This document shows positions 17,417 through 25,302 of a stretch of 32,000 bases of DNA, in pieces. Where the stretch lies: assembly GCF_007748075.1 (NCBI RefSeq), contig NZ_CP036280.1:780001-812000 (forward strand), given 5' to 3'. Made by a program: the position numbers and the translations under genes. The DNA comes from Mucisphaera calidilacus (GTDB taxonomy: Bacteria > Planctomycetota > Phycisphaerae > Phycisphaerales > Phycisphaeraceae). A model generated the notes under the pieces. The model was not told the origin of the DNA. It searched no databases and was given only the letters and a program-made list of their open reading frames with translations. Each line of letters begins with the position of its first letter. Positions within the stretch are counted from its first letter, which is position 1.

Positions 17417-18612
17417 AGGTGAGTTATGTCATCGTGACCCACAACAGGCGGTCGGCGCTCGGACGCACGCTCAAGCGGCTGCGCGCGCTCGTGCGTCCCG
17501 GCGAGGCGCAGGACATCTGGGTGATCGACAACGCCTCCGATGACGGTACGGGCGGGATGCTCGCCGAGGCCTACCCCGACGTCCACCTCATCGAGCGCGC
17601 CGACAACGCCGGCGCGTGCGCACGCACCGACGCGGTGGGACGTGCCGAAGGCGACCTGCTCGTCTTCCTCGACGACGACAGCTATCCGATGGCCGGGGTG
17701 ATCGAGATGGCGCTGGAGCGTTTTTCGACCCGGCCGAGCCTCGGTTTACTCGGCGGCGCGATCGAGCTGCCCGACGGCTCTGCCGAGGCCTCCGCCTACC
17801 CGCTGATCCCCGTGGGCTGCGGGATGATCGGACGGCACGAGGCGCTCCGCGAGATCGGCGGGTTCGACCGCTGGTTCAGCCGGCAGGCCGAGGAGTTTGA
17901 TCTGGCCATGCGCATGCTCGGCGCGGGCTGGGGCGTCGAGCGTGACGGCTCGATGGTCTTCCGCCACGACAAGCCGGCCGGCCAGAGGCGCTCCGCCGAG
18001 GTCTGCCGCCTTGACCTGCGCAACAACCTCGTCGTCGCCGGCCGCTACCTGCCCCACGACCTCGGCCAGGCGTTTCGCGAGGACTGGATTCAACGCTACG
18101 CGCTGATCGCGGAGGGGCTGGACCTTGAGATCTGCGTCGACGCCATCGTGGCCGAGGCCGACGAGCGACTCGCGGCCGACGGCGAGCAGATGATCCGCCC
18201 GCTCAGTGCAGCCGCGATCGATCGCGTCTTCGAGATCGAGTCCCAGGCGCGTCGGGTTGCGGAGTGGTCAAGGCGTTTCGAGCCCTGCCGCGTCGTCATC
18301 GCCGACTACGGCAAGAACGTTTTTACGACTTACGACGCCTGCCGACGCTCGGGTCTGGAGGTGCTCGCGGTCGCGGACACCAACCCGGCCTTCGCGGGGC
18401 ACTTCTACCGCGGCGTGCCGATCCTCACGGATGCCGAGGCACTCGACCTCAAACCCGAGGGCGTTGTCGTCGCCAACATCAACCCCGCGCAGGTCGGCGG
18501 CCGTTGGCTGGGGATCAAGGCGATGACCGACCTGCCGCTGCTCTGTTTCAACGCGGACGATGACGATCACGACGTGGTGAGGCCCTGGTCGCTCAAGCGG
18601 GGTGCCGCCTGA
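17413..18612 (+). CDS. Family 2 glycosyltransferase (GT-A) with a roughly 110-aa Rossmann-like C-terminal extension
   Basis: ATG 17413 overlaps the upstream TGA (ATGA). The GT2 core reads VSYVIVTHNR...VIDNASDDGT...LVFLDDDSYP (DxD). The C-terminal CRVVIADYGKN...LEVLAVADTNP...GVPILTD...EGVVVAN resembles a nucleotide-binding beta-alpha-beta unit. Confidence 0.8.
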   Translation: MKVSYVIVTHNRRSALGRTLKRLRALVRPGEAQDIWVIDNASDDGTGGMLAEAYPDVHLIERADNAGACARTDAVGRAEGDLLVFLDDDSYPMAGVIEMALERFSTRPSLGLLGGAIELPDGSAEASAYPLIPVGCGMIGRHEALREIGGFDRWFSRQAEEFDLAMRMLGAGWGVERDGSMVFRHDKPAGQRRSAEVCRLDLRNNLVVAGRYLPHDLGQAFREDWIQRYALIAEGLDLEICVDAIVAEADERLAADGEQMIRPLSAAAIDRVFEIESQARRVAEWSRRFEPCRVVIADYGKNVFTTYDACRRSGLEVLAVADTNPAFAGHFYRGVPILTDAEALDLKPEGVVVANINPAQVGGRWLGIKAMTDLPLLCFNADDDDHDVVRPWSLKRGAA

Positions 18613-19544
18613 TGAGTGCCCATCCGCTGGCCGTGCGTCTGAGCAGGCTGCTGCTGCCACGCCTGCGCCCGCGTATCGAGCCACGCCCCGTTCCCGGCTG
18701 GGTCCTCGGATCGGGAGAGCAGGGCGGTGGCTGGCAAGGCTGGCTCCGACGCAGGCTGCTCCGCTCGTTCAAGCGACCTGTTGACGTCACATGGATCGAC
18801 GGCCTGCGGCTCACCGCCTACCCGTACAACGAGGTCACGCGCTCCATTCTCATGACCGGGCTCTACGACCCGACCGAACTGAGTTGGCTGCGTCGCACCC
18901 TGACCCCGGGGATGACATTCATCGATGGCGGCGCGAACCTCGGGCTTTACAGCCTGATCGCCTCGCGCTGCGTTGGCGACGACGGGCGTGTCCTCGCCTT
19001 CGAGCCGAGCGGGCGCGAGTATGACCGCGCCTGTCACCACGTCGCGCTCAATCAGCTGGAGAACGTCACGGTTCTGCGTGCCGCACTCGCCGACCGGCCC
19101 GGCCGGATCGGGATCAAGATCGCCGACGAGAAGCACGCCGGGCACAACACGCTCGGCGGGTTCGTCTACCACGCCACACAACTCGACCGCGTCGAGCAGG
19201 TTGAGGCGACGACCCTCGACGACGCCGTCCGCGAGCACAACCTCACTCGTGTTGACGTGGTCAAACTCGACCTCGAGGGTTCCGAGCACGCCGCCCTGCA
19301 GGGCGCAGCACAGACCCTCGAAAGGTATCGCCCCGTGTTGCTGATGGAGTTTTCCGACCCGAGCCTGCGGGCGCAGGGCAGTTCCGCAGAGGCTCTGCGT
19401 GCCTGCGTCGAATCGTTCGGCTACAGGCTGGGCCGTATCGAGAACGACGATGCCGACTTCGAGCCGCTGCCGGATACGTCGTCGCTTGAGGCTTCGGTCA
19501 ACGTTGTTGCCATGCCCCGGGAGGCCGCGCGTCGTGCTGCCTGA
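18612..19544 (+). CDS. FkbM-family SAM-dependent methyltransferase
   Basis: ATG 18612 overlaps the upstream stop by 1 nt. The motifs FIDGGANLGLYS, VLAFEPS, GHNTLGG and VDVVKLDLEGSEHAAL are typical of the FkbM family. Confidence 0.85.
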   Translation: MSAHPLAVRLSRLLLPRLRPRIEPRPVPGWVLGSGEQGGGWQGWLRRRLLRSFKRPVDVTWIDGLRLTAYPYNEVTRSILMTGLYDPTELSWLRRTLTPGMTFIDGGANLGLYSLIASRCVGDDGRVLAFEPSGREYDRACHHVALNQLENVTVLRAALADRPGRIGIKIADEKHAGHNTLGGFVYHATQLDRVEQVEATTLDDAVREHNLTRVDVVKLDLEGSEHAALQGAAQTLERYRPVLLMEFSDPSLRAQGSSAEALRACVESFGYRLGRIENDDADFEPLPDTSSLEASVNVVAMPREAARRAA

Positions 19545-20505
19545 ATCCTGCCAACCCGGGCCGATTCATGACGACCCGCCCGGCATCGAACGGGCCCGGC
19601 CGTGCTCGCTTGCCGTCGTCATCCCCAGCTACAACCGGGCCGAGTACCTGCGCGACGCGATTGACTCGGTGTTGGCGCAGGATCATCCCGACCTGTCGCT
19701 GCTGGTCATGGATGGCGGCTCGACCGACGGCTCGATCGAGATTCTCAGGTCGTATGGCGACCGGGTCGCGTGGGTCTCCGAGCCCGACGAGGGACACGCC
19801 GACGCCATCAACAAGGGCTGGGAACGCACGCGTTCTGAGGTGATCGCCTGGCTCAACGCCGACGACTGCTTCGCTTCGCCGCGGGCAGCACGCCTGGCTT
19901 GCCAGTATCTCGCCGCCTCGCCCGAGACCGACATCGTCTACGGCGACTGCCACTGGATTGACGAGCGGGGCGACGACCGCGGGATCGCCTACGCCCAGCC
20001 CTTCTCACTTAGCTTTGCCGTGGTCACCGCCGACCACTGCATCCCTCAGCCCGCCTCGTTCATCCGCCGATCGGTGGTCGAACGCGTCGGGGCTCTGAGT
20101 CTTGATGTCTTCGCCAAGGACCGCGAGTTCTGGCTGCGTGCCGGGCTGCACGGACGCATCGACTACTGGCCGCGCCACCTCGCCGACCAGCGCAACGACG
20201 AGGGCATCAGCTACCTCGGCCGACGCGTCGCGCCGGCGATCGTCGAGGTCACGCGTTCCTTTTACCGACTCCAAGGCGTCCCCGAAGACCTGCTCCGGCT
20301 CAAGCCGCGTGCCATGAGCAACGCCCACCTGCGCGCCGCCTACTACGCGTGGGCCGGCGGTCGGCAGTGGGACCTCTACCTCTGGCACCTGCTCTGCGCG
20401 CTGGCCAGCGACGCCCGCAACCTCCCGCGCATCCGCTGGCACTTCCGTCGCTACGTCGGCGAATCGCTTGGCATCCGAAAACCTCAGCGGCCTATCCCCG
20501 CCTGA
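19534..20505 (+). CDS. Family 2 glycosyltransferase
   Basis: The GT2 core reads LAVVIPSYNRAEYLRDAIDSVLAQ...LLVMDGGSTDGS...WLNADDCF. The start is uncertain. GTG 19534 is preceded by GGGAGG 10 nt upstream and overlaps the upstream gene by 11 nt. The track ATG 19399 would overlap it by 146 nt. Confidence 0.8.
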   Translation: MLPESCQPGPIHDDPPGIERARPCSLAVVIPSYNRAEYLRDAIDSVLAQDHPDLSLLVMDGGSTDGSIEILRSYGDRVAWVSEPDEGHADAINKGWERTRSEVIAWLNADDCFASPRAARLACQYLAASPETDIVYGDCHWIDERGDDRGIAYAQPFSLSFAVVTADHCIPQPASFIRRSVVERVGALSLDVFAKDREFWLRAGLHGRIDYWPRHLADQRNDEGISYLGRRVAPAIVEVTRSFYRLQGVPEDLLRLKPRAMSNAHLRAAYYAWAGGRQWDLYLWHLLCALASDARNLPRIRWHFRRYVGESLGIRKPQRPIPA

Positions 20506-20518
20506 ATGGAGGGAACCC

Positions 20519-21373
20519 ATGACCCAGGCACAGACTTTCGAGAGCGTCCCGATCGACCGTGTCCGACGCTTCTGGAACGACCGGCCCTGCAACCTCCGCC
20601 ACTCGCCGGAGCCCGTCGGGACCCGTGCTTACTTCGAGCAGGTCGCCCGTCGCAAGTACCACGTCGAGCCGCACATCCCGCGCTTCGCGCAGTTCGATCG
20701 ATGGAAGGGCAAGCGCGTGCTCGAAGTCGGTTGCGGCATCGGCACCGACACCATCAGCTTCGCCAGCGCCGGCGCGCACGTCACCGCCGTCGATCTCTCT
20801 GAAGCATCCCTGAACCTGACCCGCCAGCGTGCCGAGATATTTGGCGTCCGCGATCGTGTCCGGACCGTTCACGCCAACGCCGAGGAACTCGATCAGGTCA
20901 TCGACGTCGAGCCTTACGACCTCATCTACTCCTTCGGCGTGATCCACCACACGCCCCACCCCGACACGGCCCTGCGTGCTTTACACCGCTTCGCCGGACC
21001 CGACACGCAACTCAAGCTGATGGTCTATTACCGCTACGCCTGGAAGGTGATGGCCATCGTGCTCACGGAGGGCTACGGGCGATTCTGGAAGCTCAACGAA
21101 CTGGTCGCACGCAGCTCCGAGGCGCAGAGCGGCTGCCCGGTGACCTACACCTACACGCGGCGCACCGCCGCCGAGTGGCTCGAACGCTGCGGTTTTGAGC
21201 CGACCGCCATGGCCGTCGATCACGTCTTCCCGTACCGCATCGCCGATTACAAGGAGTATCGCTACGTCCGCAGCTGGCACTTCCGCTGGATGCCCAACCT
21301 CCTGTTCCGCGGGCTGGAGCGCACCATGGGCTGGCACCTCTGCATCGACGGTCGCGCCGGCGCCACGAGCTGA
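20519..21373 (+). CDS. Class I SAM-dependent methyltransferase
   Basis: GGAGGG lies 5 nt before ATG 20519. Motif I is VLEVGCGIGTDTISFA. An acidic post-I residue is present in VTAVDLS. The segment DLIYSFGVIHHTP is also present. Confidence 0.8.
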   Translation: MTQAQTFESVPIDRVRRFWNDRPCNLRHSPEPVGTRAYFEQVARRKYHVEPHIPRFAQFDRWKGKRVLEVGCGIGTDTISFASAGAHVTAVDLSEASLNLTRQRAEIFGVRDRVRTVHANAEELDQVIDVEPYDLIYSFGVIHHTPHPDTALRALHRFAGPDTQLKLMVYYRYAWKVMAIVLTEGYGRFWKLNELVARSSEAQSGCPVTYTYTRRTAAEWLERCGFEPTAMAVDHVFPYRIADYKEYRYVRSWHFRWMPNLLFRGLERTMGWHLCIDGRAGATS

Positions 21374-21377
21374 CACG

Positions 21378-22208
21378 ATGCAGATCGCCTTCTTCACCAC
21401 GCCCAAACCCTTCCACGGCCACGCTGGTGTCATCCAGCGCAACGCCCTGCGTTCCTGGGCTCGCCTTGACCCGCGTCCCGAGATCATCCTGCTGGGGGAT
21501 GACGCGGGCACCGCCGAGATGGCGTTCGAACTCGGTGCCGAGCACCTGCTCGACATCCCGCGCACCGACGAGGGCATGCCGCAACTCGACGGCCTGTTCC
21601 GCCTCGCCGAGCAGCACACCTCCGCGCGCTACCTCAACTTCATCAACGCCGACGTCATCCTGACCCATCACTTCTGGCCGGCGGCCCGTGCCGCACGCCG
21701 GGCCCACAACCGCCTGCTGATGGTCGGTCGACGCTACGACGTGCGGATCGACGACGACCTGAGCTTCGACGACGGCTGGGACGATCGGTTGATCGAACGC
21801 GCCCACTCGGAGAACCGACTCGGCGGCCCGCAGTTCATCGATTACTTCCTATATCGACGCGGCATCTGGGGACGCATCCCTCCCTTCTCGGTCGCCCGAT
21901 ACTCGTGGGACAACTGGATGGTGTTTCGCGCCCGTCAGCAGCGTGTGCCCGTGATCGATGCCACCGCGGCGCTCCCTACCGTCCACCAGAACCACGAGCC
22001 GGCGGAGGTGAATCGTCGCAGGCAGGGCGTCCGTCTCAGCCCGGGGGCACGGCGGAACCTCGAACTCGCCGGCGGCAAGGAATGCCTCTACACCATCTGG
22101 GACTCCACCCACGTTCTCAACGTGGACCTGAGCGTCAGCCAGCGGCGTAACAGCGGCCTGGGCGGGGGCATCTGGACCTACCGCCGCTCGACCCGACTCG
22201 CCGGCTGA
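21378..22208 (+). CDS. Uncharacterised conserved protein, possibly a GT-A-like glycosyltransferase (276 aa)
   Basis: ATG 21378 lies 4 nt after the upstream stop. GC3 is high. The N-terminus MQIAFFTTPKPFHGHAGVIQRNALRSW...FINADVIL resembles a family of operon-embedded GT-like hypotheticals. No firm catalytic motif was recognised. Confidence 0.45.
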   Translation: MQIAFFTTPKPFHGHAGVIQRNALRSWARLDPRPEIILLGDDAGTAEMAFELGAEHLLDIPRTDEGMPQLDGLFRLAEQHTSARYLNFINADVILTHHFWPAARAARRAHNRLLMVGRRYDVRIDDDLSFDDGWDDRLIERAHSENRLGGPQFIDYFLYRRGIWGRIPPFSVARYSWDNWMVFRARQQRVPVIDATAALPTVHQNHEPAEVNRRRQGVRLSPGARRNLELAGGKECLYTIWDSTHVLNVDLSVSQRRNSGLGGGIWTYRRSTRLAG

Positions 22209-22253
22209 CCCCGTTTCACAAGCCCCCGGGGCCGATAAGCCGATGCTGACGAC

Positions 22254-23633
22254 ATGCATGAATCGGTCCAATCCGTCGCGATGATCGGCCTTGGCCGTCT
22301 CGGTGCGCCGATCGCGGCCTGCCTTGCCGCGGGTGGCTTCCGGGTGGTTGGCGTCGATCTGAAACGGGAGACCGTCGAGGCCATCAACCGTCGGCGACCG
22401 CCGGTCTTCGAGCCGGGTCTCGAGGCGATGCTCGGCCGAGTCGACGACCGACTCACCGCCACCGACGACCTGGCCGGCGCGATCCGCCAGACCGACGCCA
22501 GCTTCGTTCTGGTCCCGACGCCCAGCGAAACCGACGGCTCCTTCAGCCTCGACTACGTCCTCGCCGCCTGCGAGGAGATCGGCGAGGCGCTGCGAGACCT
22601 CGACCGATGGCACCTCGTGACCATCGTCAGCACCGTGATGCCCGGCGACACCAGCGGAGCGATCCAGCACACGCTCGAACGCACCTCGGGCAAGACCTGT
22701 GGCGAGGGCTTCGGCCTCTGTTACAGCCCCGAGTTCGTGGCGCTCGGCACCGTCATCCGTGACTATCTCAACCCCGACATGCTGCTGATCGGTGAGTCCG
22801 ACCCGCGTTCGGGCCGGACACTCGCGAGCATCTACAAGGCCGTCGTCGAGACCGACCCCCCGGTCTCGCGGATGAGCTTCGTGAACGCCGAGATCGCGAA
22901 GATCTCGGTCAACGCCTACGTGACCGCCAAGATCACCTTCGCCAACACCCTCGCCGGCATCTGCGAGCGTGTGCCCGGTGCGGATGTTGATGCCGTCACC
23001 CAGGCCATCGGTCTCGACTCGCGCATCGGGCGCAAGTACCTCAAGGGCGGCATCGGCTACGGCGGGCCCTGCTTCCCGCGCGACAACGCAGCGCTCGCCC
23101 ACGTCGCCCGCGCCGCCGGTGCTATCGCTGACTTCCCCGAGACCGTTGACGCCGTCAATCGCCAGCAGGTCGATCGCATGACCGCCCAGGCGCTCGCCGT
23201 GATTCCCCCTCAGAGCAAAATCGCCATCCTCGGCCTCTCCTACAAGCCCCAGAGCGACGTCGTCGACGAGTCTCAGCCGGTCATGCTCGCCGAACGACTC
23301 GCGCAGGCGGGCCACACGGTTCGGGCCTTCGACCCCGCCGCCACGCCCGCCAACAAGGGCTACACCCTCTGCGACACGCAGGACGCGTGCCTCCTCGACG
23401 CCCACGCGGTGGTGCTCGCGACGCCCTGGCCGGGCATGGCCGAGGCGGTGATCGAGCAGGCCAACCAGAAACCCACCATCATCATCGACCCCTGGCGTGT
23501 CCTGATCGAGCAGACCATGCCCGCCGGCACGACCTACCTGCCCGGCGGACGACACGTGGTGCTCGGCGACAAGAAGACCGACCGCATCGCAGCCGTCGCG
23601 CCGCCGCCCGATGACCTGGCCGCTGCAGGATAA
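22254..23633 (+). CDS. UDP-glucose/GDP-mannose dehydrogenase family nucleotide-sugar dehydrogenase (Ugd-like)
   Basis: The N-terminal Rossmann motif is VAMIGLGRLGAPIAACLA. The catalytic Cys motif is GYGGPCFPRDN. The central segments YSPEF and NAEIAKISVNAY match the family. Confidence 0.85.
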   Translation: MHESVQSVAMIGLGRLGAPIAACLAAGGFRVVGVDLKRETVEAINRRRPPVFEPGLEAMLGRVDDRLTATDDLAGAIRQTDASFVLVPTPSETDGSFSLDYVLAACEEIGEALRDLDRWHLVTIVSTVMPGDTSGAIQHTLERTSGKTCGEGFGLCYSPEFVALGTVIRDYLNPDMLLIGESDPRSGRTLASIYKAVVETDPPVSRMSFVNAEIAKISVNAYVTAKITFANTLAGICERVPGADVDAVTQAIGLDSRIGRKYLKGGIGYGGPCFPRDNAALAHVARAAGAIADFPETVDAVNRQQVDRMTAQALAVIPPQSKIAILGLSYKPQSDVVDESQPVMLAERLAQAGHTVRAFDPAATPANKGYTLCDTQDACLLDAHAVVLATPWPGMAEAVIEQANQKPTIIIDPWRVLIEQTMPAGTTYLPGGRHVVLGDKKTDRIAAVAPPPDDLAAAG

Positions 23634-23643
23634 GGAGTTCAGC

Positions 23644-25257
23644 GTGCCCAGCGTGATGCGTGAGAAGATCTGTCCGCTCGAACGACTCGCTCCACAAGCC
23701 GACGCGTGGCGCGCGCAGGGCAAGAGCGTCGCCCTCTGCCACGGCTGCTTCGACCTGGTCCACCCCGGGCACCTGCGTTACCTCGAATTTGCACGGCAGC
23801 AGGCCGACGTGCTCGTCGTCTCGCTCACCGGCGACGACGCCATCGAGAAAGCCGACGGCACCCGGCCCTACATCCCCCAGGAACTCCGCGCCGAGAACCT
23901 CGCCGCCATCCAACTCGTCGACGCCGTGGTGATTGTCGACGGCGACACCGGCCTGCCGGTCATCGAACGCCTGCGGCCCGACGTCTACATCAAGGGGCGG
24001 GAGTATGAGGACTCCGACCACCCCGGCTTTCGTGCCGAACGCGAACGCGTCGAGACCCACGGCGGACGCGTGATCTTCTCCTCCGGCGAGGTGGTCTTCT
24101 CCTCCACACGACTCATCGACGATCAGCGTCCCGCGATGGCCGCCTCCGGCTACGGCGAGGCCGACCTCATCACGGCCTCCTGCCGTCGCTGGGGCATCGA
24201 CCGGGTCTCGCTCGGGCAGATCATCCGCCAACGCTTCAACGATCTCCGCGTCGCCGTCGTCGGCGACATGGTCTGCGACCGCTACGCCTTCTGCGATCGC
24301 GGTCTCGCCACCGACGAGGCACCCATCCTGTCCGTGCGCACGAGCGACGAGCAGACCTACCTCGGCGGGGCCGCCGTCATCGCCGCTCACGTCCGATCGC
24401 TCGGAGCCGCCTGCACCCTCCTCACCAGCAGCGCCGACGATCACGACGCCCACGCCATGACCGACAAGCTCCAGAGCCTTGGCGTCGAGGTCGACACACG
24501 CACCACACGCAGGCTGACGCCCACCAAGCTCCGCTACATCGTCGACAACCAGAAGGTCTTCCGCGTCGAGAAGGGCGGCGACGAGCCGCTCGACTCCGCC
24601 GCTCAGGCATCACTCATCAAGGCCGCTACCGAACGCGCGAACGACCTCGACGTTGTCATCTTCGCCGACTTCGGCTTCGGCGTGATCTCGCCGACGCTGC
24701 TCCACGACCTCATGCCCGGGCTCCGCAAGCACGTGCACACCATCACCGGAGACGTCTCGGGCATCCGCAGAGGCCTGCTCGCGATGCGCGGCTTCGACCT
24801 GGTTACGCCCAACGAACGCGAGGCCCGTGGCGCCGTCGGCGATTTCGAGTCGAGCCTGCCCACGCTCGCGGGCACGATGATGCGCACGGGCGAACTCGCC
24901 AACCTGATCGTCACCCTCGGCCGCAAGGGCAGCCTGCTCTTCCGACCCCGGGAGGAGAAACGCGAAGCGTGGTACACCAACCGCCTCCGCTGCGACTACC
25001 TCCCCACACTCGCCCCCGGGCCCGCCGTCGACCCGCTCGGCGCGGGTGACGCCCTCCTCGCCGTCGCCTCGCTCGCGCTGGGCTGCGGCGAATCGCTCGC
25101 CGTCGCCGGCTATCTCGGCTCCGTCGCCGCCGGCGTGGCCGTCTCCCGGATGGGCAACGAGCCAGTTCGACCCCTGGAACTCCTCCGGTTCCTTGACCAC
25201 CGCCCCGAACTGCAGGCCGATGACGACCCGCCGATCCGCCTCCCGCACGCGATTTAG
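23644..25257 (+). CDS. Bifunctional RfaE/HldE-like protein with reversed domain order: N-terminal cytidylyl/adenylyltransferase (RfaE domain II-like) and C-terminal PfkB sugar kinase (RfaE domain I-like)
   Basis: AGGAG at 23633-23637 lies 6 nt before GTG 23644; alternative ATGs are at 23611 and 23656. The N-terminal part reads CHGCFDLVHPGHLRYLEFAR...VVSLTGDD...DVYIKGREY. The C-terminal part reads VAVVGDMVCDRY...TPTKLRYIVDNQKVFRVE...DPLGAGDALLA (PfkB signature). Confidence 0.8.
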   Translation: MPSVMREKICPLERLAPQADAWRAQGKSVALCHGCFDLVHPGHLRYLEFARQQADVLVVSLTGDDAIEKADGTRPYIPQELRAENLAAIQLVDAVVIVDGDTGLPVIERLRPDVYIKGREYEDSDHPGFRAERERVETHGGRVIFSSGEVVFSSTRLIDDQRPAMAASGYGEADLITASCRRWGIDRVSLGQIIRQRFNDLRVAVVGDMVCDRYAFCDRGLATDEAPILSVRTSDEQTYLGGAAVIAAHVRSLGAACTLLTSSADDHDAHAMTDKLQSLGVEVDTRTTRRLTPTKLRYIVDNQKVFRVEKGGDEPLDSAAQASLIKAATERANDLDVVIFADFGFGVISPTLLHDLMPGLRKHVHTITGDVSGIRRGLLAMRGFDLVTPNEREARGAVGDFESSLPTLAGTMMRTGELANLIVTLGRKGSLLFRPREEKREAWYTNRLRCDYLPTLAPGPAVDPLGAGDALLAVASLALGCGESLAVAGYLGSVAAGVAVSRMGNEPVRPLELLRFLDHRPELQADDDPPIRLPHAI

Positions 25258-25302
25258 ACGCCACGTCGAGACGCGAGCAGCCGACCGGGCCTAAAAACAC
25301 CT

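Noticed and set aside
22209-22253. GC palindrome GCCCCCGGGGC in the 45-nt gap before the dehydrogenase gene
   Set aside because: The loop is too short to form a hairpin. Such palindromes arise easily in GC-rich DNA, and no T-tract follows.
21849-23723. 624-aa - strand ORF antisense to the nucleotide-sugar dehydrogenase gene. The same applies to the - strand ORFs at 1761-3122, 3449-4081, 11715-12863, 13951-15159, 15950-16909, 18567-19289, 23482-24453, 26101-26916, 27827-29053 and 29385-30329.
   Set aside because: All of them are antisense to genes with strong family signatures, and all have compositionally biased products (R, G, D, H, V). No independent support exists for any of them.
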